Positions 63,791-64,000 of a stretch of 64,000 bases of DNA are shown in pieces; positions within the stretch are counted from its first letter, which is position 1, and the number at the start of each line of letters is the position of its first letter. The notes below the pieces were generated by a model. The model did not search any database, was not told where the DNA came from, and was given only the letters and a program-made list of their open reading frames with translations. This stretch comes from Anthoceros angustus (taxonomy: Eukaryota > Plantae > Anthocerotophyta), in contig MU008214.1 in the NCBI GenBank assembly GCA_010909165.1, forward strand, positions 1 through 64,000. The letters are read 5' to 3'. A program made the translations under genes and the position numbers.

Positions 63791-64000
63791 ATTGGTCTAA
63801 CAACAAAGACATACTTAAATTGGTCTAATGGGATCAACAATGAGATGATGACTGTATTTAAAATGTTTGATCCCATTGTGTGTAGCATGTTACCTAAAAA
63901 TACAAATGGTTTATGTATGTATTTATAAATAAAAAATCTACACACAAGATAGTTGAGCAAGTGACACAATTGAATGTAATATAATATTTGGTATTGGTAA

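Overview
Eukaryotic nuclear DNA from a land plant with flagellated sperm (CEP164 orthologue, plant tRNA-iMet, EGY2, short GT-AG introns); a bryophyte such as a hornwort is my inference. Bases ~1-41,900 are a nested transposon block whose coding sequences are riddled with indels, so the consensus there looks noisy. It contains: (i) a large DNA element carrying a DDD-type (Sola1/DUF7869-like) transposase, a divergently transcribed intron-containing gene fusing a ParB/Srx-like domain to a beta-class N6/N4 DNA methyltransferase, and unknown cargo; (ii) a CAC...GTG-bounded element with two divergent multi-exon genes; (iii) a Ty1/copia element (LTR, iMet PBS) interrupted by further insertions and itself inserted in a CRE-like non-LTR retrotransposon. 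Five 1.6-2.2 kb tandem duplications, four with clear junction microhomology, may be assembly artefacts. Bases ~42,000-64,000 are host sequence: RPS16, a snoRNA cluster (two covarying H/ACA copies and a C/D box RNA), CEP164-like, EGY2, a BOI/SBP RING E3 ligase, a copia relic, tRNA-iMet, a pseudogene, and a small three-exon HMG-box gene with a protamine-like Arg-rich tail. The best candidate for an undescribed system is the transposon-borne ParB-amino-methyltransferase. All calls come from manual translation and motif recognition; no database search was run.
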